Positions 28,012 through 37,583 of a stretch of DNA of 64,000 nt are shown here, one piece after another (position 1 is the first letter of the stretch; each line of letters starts with the position of its first letter). The DNA lies in the IMG/VR virus record IMGVR_UViG_3300021387_000076; one strand, written 5' to 3'. The notes beneath the pieces were generated by a model. The model saw only the letters and a program-made list of their open reading frames with translations. It searched no databases and was not told the DNA's origin. Position numbers and translations under genes: made by a program. This stretch comes from a virus. Its lineage: Duplodnaviria; Heunggongvirae; Uroviricota; Caudoviricetes.

Positions 28012-28130
28012 TTATACGGGTCAGGATTTGCACCTGACATGTCGGTTTTGCCGAACACCGTAGCTCCGACAACCGTTAGCCATGTATTGGCATCTTAATT
28101 TTTTGCGTCTACCTATTCCGCCACCGTATA
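28012..28130 (-). ncRNA. tRNA-like unit 5
   Basis: Perfect acceptor TATACGG/CCGTATA. D-arm GCG-GAATAGGTAGA-CGC, which differs by 1 nt from E. coli tRNA-Leu. T-arm GTCAGG-TGCAAAT-CCTGAC. 65 nt insert. Only 2 nt from unit 4. Confidence 0.45.
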
Positions 28131-28290
28131 TTTAATTGCCGTCTAACTAGCGCCTAAAAGATGTCAACCTTCTCGGAGCTTACAACCACGACAATCGCCT
28201 GAAGCCCGGGTCGATCTGTTTATGCTCGGTCTTGGGTGTTGACAGCACCCGCCGCCTAGCCGTCTCCCAAGTGTGCTGTGCGGTTAATGA

Positions 28291-28392
28291 AGATGCGGGT
28301 CGGGATTTGCACCCGACATAACGCATACAGGAATATGCGTTCAGCGATATGGCCAGTATCTTACCTGTGTCTACCTATTCCACCACCACATG
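28291..28392 (-). ncRNA. tRNA-like unit 6
   Basis: Acceptor CATGTGG/CCGCATC (6 of 7 bp with a G-U, position 1 mismatched). D-arm GTG/CAC. T-arm GTCGGG-TGCAAAT-CCCGAC. 49 nt insert that includes an 8 bp hairpin. Confidence 0.4.
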
Positions 28393-28501
28393 TACGGGTG
28401 AGGATTTGCACCTCACATAAGTACGTTAATCTCCGTATGCCAGCGGCTCTTCCCGTACTCTTTTGCTGGCTTCCAGCGTCTACCTATTCCGCCACCGTAT
28501 C
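28390..28501 (-). ncRNA. tRNA-like unit 7, overlapping unit 6 by 3 nt
   Basis: Acceptor GATACGG/CCGTACA (5 of 7 bp, positions 1-2 mismatched). D-arm GCG-GAATAGGTAGA-CGC. T-arm GTGAGG-TGCAAAT-CCTCAC. Confidence 0.4.
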
Positions 28502-28785
28502 TGACAGACCAAGCCTTCTCCCAACAGTCTGCCGTGAGCCACGCCTTCCGTTATTTAGCCACGGACCAGGGCTTTAACAAGGTGGCTCGTCCCCAATTAA
28601 ACTACTGAGGTATAGTCCATCGTTCATTAAAATTATAAGCAGAGGTCATTCGGCATCACCTTCTTGCTTTGCTATAGCGGCAAGGTCTTTCTCTATCTTT
28701 TCCAATGTGGAATAAATATTAGAAAGAGAAACACCAAGGCTAAAATTTATCAGACCAAGCAGGATGGCTATAATGTTAAGTTCCG

Positions 28786-28974
28786 TCATTCTTGTTCCTC
28801 ATCTTTTATTTTGTGACATTTATTTCCGTTGTTCATCATGCAGTATAAACATTGAGTACTGCATCCCGAATAAAAGTCAGGACATATCTTTGGTCTGCCT
28901 TGACAATTCCAGAATTTATCATGATAGTAACTACAGAGTTCTTTACATTCTTTGCAAACATCTGAAGTATTCAT
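28786..28974 (-). CDS. Small Cys-rich protein (62 aa)
   Basis: Multiple CxxC motifs. Confidence 0.3.
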   Translation of the reverse strand: MNTSDVCKECKELCSYYHDKFWNCQGRPKICPDFYSGCSTQCLYCMMNNGNKCHKIKDEEQE

Positions 28975-29640
28975 TGTTATTCCTCGTCATCTTTATGTCT
29001 GTCGTCGTAATAATTGAAGAGAAAACGCCACAGAATAGGGGAGATGATAAACAGATACCATCCAACAGCGGCGAACAATTCAATACTCATGTTACCACCA
29101 TCTTTTGACATAGTCTTTGCCAAGTATCATTCTTGTCTTGTTGTAATTGTCTGAAAGCCTGTTGACTATTTGTCTGTCGTGGATTTCTGTGGGGTTCATA
29201 GTGTACAACATAAGTTCACTTAAAGCTGAAAGCATTATTTCCTGATTCTCAAGGATCTGTCGTTCGATATCTGTCATTATCTTATCTCCTAGAATACCCA
29301 GTTATTTTTGACGGCTTTCATTGTGTCATACGGTATGGCGACAGCATTCATAGATCGTCTGCTGATGTAATACCTGCCATTCGCTTCGAAAAACCAGAGC
29401 TTGTATTCTTCACCGGTACGAAAGCCCATCGAACCATTTGTACCTATGAATATTGCAGTAATTGTTTTCATCATTACTTCTCATCGCCGCAAAGAAATGG
29501 ATCATACGGACAAGTTAATTCAAAAGAACGTTTGTAGCACTTGCCGTTCAATCTGTAACGGCAAGTGCCGCTATTGATATAGCTGCAGTCTAAGCCGAGG
29601 TCACGCATGATATATTTACGATATAAAACTTTTAATTTGA

Positions 29641-29865
29641 TCATGTTTGTATCAGTTCAAAATGTGTGCTGTAATGTGAACCACACATTTCACATGTCCC
29701 TTCACCATATTTCAGCTTTAGTGGATGACCACAATTCTTGCATTTGATCTCTTTGACTTCTACGATACATGCTTGTAAGCCATAGACCTTACCATTAGGC
29801 ATTTGTATCTTATGGACAAATCCGTCAACGTACTCTTCGCCCTTCAACGTCTTAATATATGGCAT
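29641..29865 (-). CDS. Small zinc-ribbon protein (74 aa)
   Basis: CKNCGH...CEMCG. Confidence 0.35.
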   Translation of the reverse strand: MPYIKTLKGEEYVDGFVHKIQMPNGKVYGLQACIVEVKEIKCKNCGHPLKLKYGEGTCEMCGSHYSTHFELIQT

Positions 29866-30838
29866 TCATATTTACCTCTTTTTGTAATTCTTCATACCAT
29901 TTTCCAGAGCCTGTGTTGCTTCTGAATGAATCTTACTCTTATAGAGTTCAATCCATCTTCGCTCCACACCACGGACAATATACATACAGCGGACGCTTTG
30001 AAAGCCAATCTGTTTCAACAAATTCATTGCATTCAGAACATTTAAACATACAGGCATAGCCATATTGATTGGGGTCTTCGGCTATCCATTGTCCATGCTT
30101 TTCTTCAGCCATGGCATTTACCTCTTGTTAATCGTAGTCTTTGAGAGTTTCCAGAATGTTGTTTTTCAGTTGTTCAAACTGGTCACAAGATAGCTCATTT
30201 AAAGCTGAATCCATTAATTCTATAAACTCTGCATTGTAATCATAGAAATTTTTATTCATGATATATACTCCTCAAGTGGTACTTGCTTCACAAAGAGTCT
30301 TCATATGGTTTCCGTGTATGTTGCAATAATTGTCTTCGCCTACGAAGGCTATCTTTGTTACATTGTTTGTCTTATCATAAAAGAATTCAGTTATCAGGTC
30401 CATGTTGATATATTTCCCGTTGAGTTCTATAAACTTCATTTCTTCTTAGGCTCCCGCTTTCCGCAATTCTTGCAGATGCCATTTTCATATTCGTGTCCAA
30501 CAACAGCTCCGCATTTTATGTGTTTTATGCCGCGATAGAGCCATCCGTTATATCTCAGACGACATACTTCCACTTCGGCGAACAACCATATTATGATTGG
30601 AATGGCAACAACGACCAGGCACACAACAATCATTATAAAATTAATTATCATAAGACTCCTCTTTATCATCGTCGAGAATTTTAGGATGTGCGTTGACATA
30701 TTGTTCGAACAAACTTTTTACAAACTGCTGCCGGCTTGTCTTGCACGGCTTTCTGCAGTATGGTTGGCGGCGACACTTGTTGCAGTCGCCGCCGTATTTC
30801 CACTGTTCATTTTCTTTGATATTCATAATGTGTCTCCA

Positions 30839-31246
30839 TTATTGCGAGAACTTCATTTTGATCGTATACTTCTTAGCCTTACCGCTAAGGTCGAAACGAT
30901 ATTTGGATGTGCCAATATAAGCTTCGACCCATGCGTGATACTGCCCGTCGGCGTATCCTATGCATACATATGATCTGACTCCAACAGCTTTCAGCATATT
31001 ATGAACCAAAGCTGCTGTGTCCATACAGACCCCCATATGCTTAGCCCAGCATCCTTTTATGTCTGGACGCTGGCCTTTAAGCTTTGCAATTTTTATTGCT
31101 CTGATATAGTCATAGCAGAATGTACGGGAAATATAGTTTGTAATAAGACTATATTTCTCAAGCTGCGTTTTTGCATTCTTACACAGCTCTTTAGCAAACT
31201 TTGCCGACTCTTCATGATATGGTGTATATATACTCATATCAATCAC
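30839..31246 (-). CDS. Transglutaminase-like cysteine peptidase domain protein
   Basis: Apparent Cys...His...Asp core: GCWAKHMGVCMDTAAL ... GYADGQYHAWVEAY. Confidence 0.5.
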   Translation of the reverse strand: MIDMSIYTPYHEESAKFAKELCKNAKTQLEKYSLITNYISRTFCYDYIRAIKIAKLKGQRPDIKGCWAKHMGVCMDTAALVHNMLKAVGVRSYVCIGYADGQYHAWVEAYIGTSKYRFDLSGKAKKYTIKMKFSQ

Positions 31247-31255
31247 TCCTTTGCT

Positions 31256-31510
31256 TTATCGGTCTTCTATGTAACCAATTACCGCTATGGAAGTACCGAG
31301 AATTACAAATGACAACAGTGTTGCTATCAGTATCCATGTACTGCTGATCGTATCAGAACAGTAATTTGCAAAGTACAGGTTCGTCAAAAGAATTCCTGTC
31401 AGGATAGCCGAAACAATTTCCACAGCCCTGAGCGTAGAGAAGAATAACTTCTCGTCATGCGTCCAGAACAGACTGTGTCTCATTTCTATAATGTATCGAA
31501 TGATATTCAT
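31256..31510 (-). CDS. Small membrane protein (2 transmembrane helices) overlapping the SPFH gene end
   Basis: Hydrophobic segments. Possible NfeD-like partner of the SPFH protein. Start is uncertain (31510 or 31615). Confidence 0.3.
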   Translation of the reverse strand: MNIIRYIIEMRHSLFWTHDEKLFFSTLRAVEIVSAILTGILLTNLYFANYCSDTISSTWILIATLLSFVILGTSIAVIGYIEDR

Positions 31511-31523
31511 TCCAATTACTCCA

Positions 31524-32462
31524 TTACTTAAGCGTCTGCTCAAGCATGAAACCGGAACCTGCAGATACAGTTGTCGGCAGAACTCCATTCCATTTGCTGA
31601 TCTTTTCATATTCAAGCATCAGTTCGTTCAGGCTTTCTGCAATCAGCTTGTTTGCCTTCGCCTGCGCCTCCGCTGTGATGCGGATGCGCTCGGCTTCGGC
31701 TTCAGCGGCGATCTTTGTCTGCTGCGCCTTTGTCTGAGTGTTTATCTTTTCGAGCTCTGCATCTGCTTCCGTCCGCTTGCGCTTTGCTTCAATTTCTTTT
31801 TCTGTTTCAATTGCAGCAATTTTCTTTTCTGCTTCTGCTTTTTCGATTGCTACCTGGTTTGCAATTTTCTCCTGTTCGGCCTGCTGTGACGCGATAGACT
31901 TAGCCTGAATAGCCTGGTTGTATGCGTCTTCGAAGTCCATCTGATCAATGGTAACTTTCTTGACGATAACTACACCTTCGCCATACTTGTCATTGAGGGA
32001 CTCAGCGAGCTTTTGTTTCACAAGCGGCTCAATCTTTGCTCTGTTTGTTGAGTCTTTTGGAGACAGTTCAACAAGTGCAGACTTGGTTGCCGAAGCAACA
32101 ACTCCGAATGAAATCAGGTTCTTGTTGTAGTCGGCAACATTCGTATAAATCCATACGGACTTATCTGCCGGAATCTGATATGTTACATTGACGCCTTCTG
32201 CGTACACTGGTGTGGCATCATTTGTTTCACCCCAAATTCTTTCGGTAGCTTTGATGTCACGCTGCCTGTTGTCAACAAAAGCAACATCGTCGACAAGAAG
32301 CTGATGGAAGATAAGTTTGCCGCTCTCCACTGGTTCCTGTTGGACTTTACCGTAATGAATCAATATACCAGTATGTCCTGTAGGCACTGTATCAATGCAG
32401 CACGCTGCGATAACTCCACCAACTACCATAATAATTGCAATAATTACTGCTGCTACTCTCAT
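31524..32462 (-). CDS. SPFH/Band-7 (prohibitin/HflK-like) domain protein with N-terminal transmembrane anchor and coiled-coil C-terminus
   Basis: N-terminal transmembrane helix, the stretch PTGHTGILIHYGKV..., and an Ala/Glu/Lys-rich heptad tail. Confidence 0.65.
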   Translation of the reverse strand: MRVAAVIIAIIMVVGGVIAACCIDTVPTGHTGILIHYGKVQQEPVESGKLIFHQLLVDDVAFVDNRQRDIKATERIWGETNDATPVYAEGVNVTYQIPADKSVWIYTNVADYNKNLISFGVVASATKSALVELSPKDSTNRAKIEPLVKQKLAESLNDKYGEGVVIVKKVTIDQMDFEDAYNQAIQAKSIASQQAEQEKIANQVAIEKAEAEKKIAAIETEKEIEAKRKRTEADAELEKINTQTKAQQTKIAAEAEAERIRITAEAQAKANKLIAESLNELMLEYEKISKWNGVLPTTVSAGSGFMLEQTLK

Positions 32463-32467
32463 AAGCC

Positions 32468-32800
32468 TTACTCCTTAAGGTCATATAATTGATCGACGTT
32501 ATCCTGAAGGAACTGATAGAAACCACGGGAGAATAATTCACACAGAGTTTCCTCGTCTTTCGGGATCCTTGAATCATACCCGAGTCCTTTGATGTCATTC
32601 TCATAAAGAATGGCATGGCAGACTTCGTGCAGCATTGTTCTGCACTGGTTCTGAAACTCCTGATTGTGTGTATTAATTTTTATCGTTTCTTCCTGGTCAT
32701 CGAACAGTCCATAGAGAATATTCTCGCCGTCATTCAGACCGCTAACCTTTTCAATTTTGTAGTCAATACCATTAATTTTCACTGACTTGGGTATCTTCAT
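32468..32800 (-). CDS. Small protein with HExxH zinc-metallopeptidase motif (MLHEVCHAIL), ImmA/SprT-like
   Basis: HEVCH motif with a downstream Glu. Confidence 0.35.
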   Translation of the reverse strand: MKIPKSVKINGIDYKIEKVSGLNDGENILYGLFDDQEETIKINTHNQEFQNQCRTMLHEVCHAILYENDIKGLGYDSRIPKDEETLCELFSRGFYQFLQDNVDQLYDLKE

Positions 32801-33275
32801 TTGATAACTCCTCGTCTGTCAGAACATAGAATGTGCTCCAACTTCCATAGTCAAAATAATAAGAGCCATCTGGAAATGGCCCGTTAATTCTGATGTAGTG
32901 TTGCTGCTCTCTTTTTACAATGATTGCAAACGCAGCATCTACATCCATGTTGTCGGCTATAAACTCAGCCTTCTTGGGATACAAGCCGACAGCGCAAACG
33001 CCTTTATACAGCTTCATTCTTTTTCTCCCTCGCGGATCGCAGCGCTTCCGCAAGCGCTGCTTTCCGCTCGTCGCTGATCTTCTTTGGTGGTTTGATCTTT
33101 ATCCAGCTGACAGGAACAGTCATATACAGGCATCCCCAGTTTTCGTTCGGAGATTTGATGATCTTCACATCATCTGGATATTCTTCAGCGTATTTCAATA
33201 AACGGTTTCGAACTGCAACTTCATCAGTTGAAACCCACGCTGTCTTTTTGTCTGTGTATTCAATTGTGGTTTCCA

Positions 33276-33479
33276 TTAAGAATCTCCAACTCTATTCTTG
33301 AAAATGTTCAGGTAGATGTCCAGTGTTGCATTGCACTGCGGACATGAAATGTAGTATGTCTGTGAGCCTGTGTATTCATATCTGTTGATACGAACATCAT
33401 TCTTCTCAAAGCTGAACTTGCATCCGCATTTCGGACATGTCTTGATTGCTTTGGGACCGCGCTGAATAATTTCAATCAT
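33276..33479 (-). CDS. Small zinc-ribbon protein
   Basis: CPKCGC...CPQCN. Confidence 0.35.
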   Translation of the reverse strand: MIEIIQRGPKAIKTCPKCGCKFSFEKNDVRINRYEYTGSQTYYISCPQCNATLDIYLNIFKNRVGDS

Positions 33480-33886
33480 GCATGTGTCTCCTTTGACAGG
33501 CTGAGCATCTGGTTCAGTCTCTCTGTAAGCGCATTGACATTAGCCTGGAATTGTTCGACGCTGACCCATTCATCAGTCTTGGGATCATATATAATTGTTG
33601 TGTTCGGCTTGATCTTAGTTGTGTCAACGCTTGAATCCACCCAGCCATATATCATATCTGCAGCGTTGTCAAGATCTTCTTCGTTTGAATCGCCCGCAAC
33701 AATACAATAAACATTGGAATATGTGTTGCTCGAGTAATTATCTTTTGTGATCTCATGCATATCTATGTCGAAGATCCTGATATTTGCTTTCTTCAGCGCA
33801 TACTCTGTTTCGTAGTTGTATGCATCTTCTTCATACTCAAAAGTGCTTCCATCACTGGTCTTATATAAAGATACTTCTTCAATCAT
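33476..33886 (-). CDS. Hypothetical protein (136 aa)
   Basis: ORF only. Confidence 0.35.
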   Translation of the reverse strand: MIEEVSLYKTSDGSTFEYEEDAYNYETEYALKKANIRIFDIDMHEITKDNYSSNTYSNVYCIVAGDSNEEDLDNAADMIYGWVDSSVDTTKIKPNTTIIYDPKTDEWVSVEQFQANVNALTERLNQMLSLSKETHA

Positions 33887-34297
33887 TTAATGATCTCCAT
33901 TCATGTATTCCGTAGTTGATAAGGTCTTCCGGGGTGGCCCACTCCTCGACGCGAACTATGAGTTCAAAGAATTCATCTTTGCTTGACTTTTTCCGAACGA
34001 CAACCGACATGTCAACAGGAGGCATTACATCCTTAACTTTTTTCCACATTTCAATAGCTCCAAAAAGGAGCCAGCGCAATGCTGGCTCCCACCTCGTTTA
34101 GATACCCAATGCCACACGGTCAGTGTCAACAATGAGATCGGGATCAATCGGTTCAGAGCTGACACTCATGCCTTCATGTGTCACAGGGTCGCCTGCCACA
34201 AAGTCAGGCACAGGTTCGGTAAAGAAGAATTCATCATTTTGGGTCATAATAACCCCTCCAATAAATAAGATATATCATCCGCGACAAGCAGTTGATA

Positions 34298-34675
34298 TCA
34301 ATAGTTTACACACTGTGCTTCGTTTCTGGCACAGTCGTATGCGAACATTGTACGCATGATAGCGTGGGCAAGATGATCGTCTGATTCATCGCCGGCAAGA
34401 TACGCATACAGGTGTGCAATTGCATGGTTTACATGTTCAATTGCGCTGATCTTGGTATAGTTTCTGTTGTTAAAGTCTTCACCGTATTTATCAGCGCCAT
34501 ATTTTGCTGTTTCTGCAGCGGCGAACATAGCACTTATCGGAAGCAGGTGGAAAGCATACGGCGAAGACGACTGCTTTCCACCAAGTTCATTCTCTTCAAT
34601 AGGCTGATCTGGATCCATACCTTTTACAAGATGCAATTCCTTTTCCATAATATACTCCTTATATGTGACAGTCAA
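34298..34675 (-). CDS. dATP/dGTP diphosphohydrolase-like domain protein (tentative)
   Basis: ETAKYGADKYGED...W and DESDDHLAHA motifs resemble the phage dATP/dGTP pyrophosphohydrolase N-domain. Confidence 0.3.
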   Translation of the reverse strand: MTVTYKEYIMEKELHLVKGMDPDQPIEENELGGKQSSSPYAFHLLPISAMFAAAETAKYGADKYGEDFNNRNYTKISAIEHVNHAIAHLYAYLAGDESDDHLAHAIMRTMFAYDCARNEAQCVNY

Positions 34676-35342
34676 TTGAAATAATTAAGTCTTCAGGATC
34701 GGCTTCTCTCAGGATGCGTTTGCATTCTCTCATCCATGCACCGGCTGAGTACGAATCATCAGAGCATCCAAACCAGCCCATTTCTCCCTGTGCGTGCCAT
34801 TCGCCATCTGAAGTAACGATGGCGTATGGCACTTGTGAAGAGCAATATGATGCGAAGGTTTGTTTGTTCTTATATCTTTCAAGATAATATTCTTTTTTGT
34901 AGAAAGCAATAAAGTCTTTTTCAGTCTCACCAGGCTTTAAAGGCTGCCCTTCTATTGCAACGTCCCAAAACCTGATCGAATGCTTATAACGTTCTTTATT
35001 TTCTTTCAGTTTGAAGTCCTTGACTTTGATCTCTTGTTCATCATCAGATATCGAACCAAACCTTCCGCCTTCTTCATACCAGTCCCATTTTGAGTCTGGG
35101 TTATAGGTGGTGTATATATTGCCATCGTCGTCTGTTATTGTGTAGTCCTCGGCTATATAATTCCAGCATTCATCGTCGGATTTATCCTGCATGCCATCAA
35201 AGTTTCTTCTGGCATATTCGATGGCCTGCTGTCTTGTATATTCAATGCGTGGTTCTGTTTCGAGGTTTTCATCGTATCTCGCAAGGAGATCTTCGTAATT
35301 CTGTTCAGGTTTGTGAATTACAAATACTCTGAAATGACTCAT
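34659..35342 (-). CDS. Hypothetical protein (227 aa)
   Basis: ORF only. Confidence 0.4.
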   Translation of the reverse strand: MSHFRVFVIHKPEQNYEDLLARYDENLETEPRIEYTRQQAIEYARRNFDGMQDKSDDECWNYIAEDYTITDDDGNIYTTYNPDSKWDWYEEGGRFGSISDDEQEIKVKDFKLKENKERYKHSIRFWDVAIEGQPLKPGETEKDFIAFYKKEYYLERYKNKQTFASYCSSQVPYAIVTSDGEWHAQGEMGWFGCSDDSYSAGAWMRECKRILREADPEDLIISIDCHI

Positions 35343-35344
35343 CT

Positions 35345-35836
35345 TTACGTTTCCTTTCTTTGAAACCTGTATGTTATATTTGATATGCTCATTCCGTCAT
35401 CGTATCTTTCGATATGAAACATCTGCTGGTTTGTTTCAGGACTATCAAGTCCACCAAGGTCTTTAATGTATGGCCCGGCTTTGAAGTAATCGAAGCTTGA
35501 TGTTACCATGTCGAATGATTCAAGAATGGAATAGAACAGCATGCCTGTATATAGTGCGGTATTCAAATTGTGTTTATCTTTTATGTATTTTGCAAAGTCG
35601 CATGCCTCAGCGAGGCTTTCGCCTTCACCCATGAAACATACACAGGTTATTGCATCTCGATACCTGTTGACGAGATCGTCAATATATTCCTTTGTGATGA
35701 CTTCACCTGTCTTCTCCCAGAGTTCGGGTGAATGACATCCTTTGCATTTATGTTTACAGTCAGACACAAGAAGTACCAGACTTACCTCGTCTGGTACTTC
35801 TTGGAATGATACTGTATAGCCGGCACAATAAAGCAT
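35345..35836 (-). CDS. nrdG: Anaerobic ribonucleotide reductase activating protein (radical SAM)
   Basis: SD GAAGGA. CKHKCKGCHSPELW fits the CxxxCxxC cluster. Size about 160 aa. Adjacent to nrdD. Confidence 0.7.
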   Translation of the reverse strand: MLYCAGYTVSFQEVPDEVSLVLLVSDCKHKCKGCHSPELWEKTGEVITKEYIDDLVNRYRDAITCVCFMGEGESLAEACDFAKYIKDKHNLNTALYTGMLFYSILESFDMVTSSFDYFKAGPYIKDLGGLDSPETNQQMFHIERYDDGMSISNITYRFQRKET

Positions 35837-35856
35837 TTATTACATCCTTCGTTTTA

Positions 35857-36480
35857 TTATTTAATACGATTGAGTTCAATTATGCCGACATTACGTGCAG
35901 CATAATAAGCATTCATTGTAGCTTTTCTGTCCATATATTGCAGATACGAAAGATCATCACCGAACAGTTCAAATTTTCCAGATTTATTTATCCCAGGAAT
36001 TGCACCAAAGTGATCTCCGTCAATAGTTTCGAAATTAAACTCATAAAAATTAAAAGCTTTATTTTTATCAGTAAAGTCAGTTACTACAGGGGTATACGCT
36101 CTGTTGGAAATATCTTCAATGATGTCATCTATTGTCTCGCCATCTGGAATATTTGCAACAAACAATGTCGGAGATAGTGTTGGAGGCAGAAATTCTCTAC
36201 GATCCGATGGGTATATTATTTTTGTAAGATGCTCTGCTGTTTCTTCTGTAACAACTTCAAGATTCAATGTATCTCCACTACGACCACTAACATTATGAAT
36301 GATAAAAATGTAGCGGTAACGACTGTTACCATTTTTATCTTTGTAGTATTGTCTTACTTTGGAATAATTTGTTCTGCAGCATCTTAGAAATTGCTCCCAT
36401 TGTATTTCAACAGGGCTGCAATAGGTATCATCGGTATCAATCTGATTCCATATATCTTTTCTATATCTTTTTATATTCAT
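35857..36480 (-). CDS. Hypothetical protein (207 aa)
   Basis: ORF only. Confidence 0.4.
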   Translation of the reverse strand: MNIKRYRKDIWNQIDTDDTYCSPVEIQWEQFLRCCRTNYSKVRQYYKDKNGNSRYRYIFIIHNVSGRSGDTLNLEVVTEETAEHLTKIIYPSDRREFLPPTLSPTLFVANIPDGETIDDIIEDISNRAYTPVVTDFTDKNKAFNFYEFNFETIDGDHFGAIPGINKSGKFELFGDDLSYLQYMDRKATMNAYYAARNVGIIELNRIK

Positions 36481-36501
36481 TATTTTCTCCTCGAATTGTT
36501 G

Positions 36502-37583
36502 TTAAACAACATTTGCTGGAGCGTAGAAACGTTTTTTCTGTTCAGCTTGTCTGTCTTCAGACCACTTGGATACACGGGTGAGATAACCAATGACTCTTGT
36601 TGCATAGTCAAGGTTGTCTGATCCGCATTTAGGACATTTCTGCAGCTTGTGTTTGCTAATATGCCCGCAGCTGTTGCAAATAGTATTCGGAATGTTAAAT
36701 GTAAAGTAGTTGCAGCCAGTCTTGATTGCATACTTAAGCAGCTGCTTGTACTGTGTTTTGCTCAGATGCTCTTCGAGGTTGCAATGAAGAGCGGATCCTC
36801 CGTCAAGATACTGAGTAAACTCTTTGCCGTGCAGCTGGAATTTATCTACAGGATTTGTCGTCTCGTCTTCTACAATATAGAAGTAGGAATTATAACATGG
36901 ACGAGGTACAAAGTACCCATCTTCTTTGTCCCATCTGGCATTCTTAACTCCCAGATTTTCCGCAGGCACAAATTCCGTATTAAACATTTCTTTTTCTGAT
37001 TTGTGAAGCTTGTTCATGAGATAGATCGGCTTAAGCACAGCGTTAATGTAACTGCAATATTCGTCGTTATTTCCAATTTTGATACTTAAATATTCGGCAC
37101 CTTCGACTGCGCCGTTAATACCGACAGTAAGATATTCCTTTTCAGGACTGATGAAGCCGGCATCATAGATAGGTATCATGTGATTGCGAGTCATATCAAG
37201 AAGGATCTCATTATATGCATGGAGGTACATATGAATAAGTCTTGTCTGATCCTGTACGGCTGCGCTTATCTTTTTGAGCTTGTCTTCTAATGAACATTCT
37301 TCCGCATCACGACAGGTATTCTGCACGAGACGGTTCACGTTCATTGTAATTACACATTTGCTTCCGGTAGCAATTCCACCAGCGCCAAGTGTATAACTGA
37401 ACTGGTTTTCCGTAATACCATTGCGGAGCCGGCAACAGCTTGCAAGCGAATCAACGCTGTCACTCGTGTAAGTGAAGAAACTGTGACCTTCTGCATACAT
37501 CTCTGCTGCAAAGTCAGCCCATTCCTGGTCGCAGAAATCGTTGCCATCGTTTAATAAAGATAACGTTTCACCTTTATACCCTC
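36502..37583 (-). CDS. nrdD: Anaerobic ribonucleoside-triphosphate reductase, C-terminal exon (glycyl-radical domain)
   Basis: GGSALHCNLEE, CNSCGH...CPKCGS zinc ribbon and RVIGYLTRV glycyl-radical motif align with T4 NrdD. The frame is open upstream of the first Met (LLNDGNDF...) back to a TAA near 37583, with no start or SD there. Confidence 0.7.

Larger units (their letters stand above)
27198..28505 (-). repeat. Array of seven tandem tRNA-like elements with no plausible ORFs across 1.3 kb
   Basis: Two conserved motifs recur seven times each: GTCTACCTATTCCGCCACC and GGGTCAGGATTTGCACCTGACAT (+ strand sense). The hairpin stem shows compensatory base changes between copies. Confidence 0.6.

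Noticed and set aside
27198-28505. CRISPR array explanation for the seven repeats
   Set aside because: Repeat spacing is irregular. The repeats are imperfect, with compensatory stem changes. Each unit folds into tRNA-like D-arm, T-arm and acceptor elements rather than identical direct repeats separated by unique spacers.
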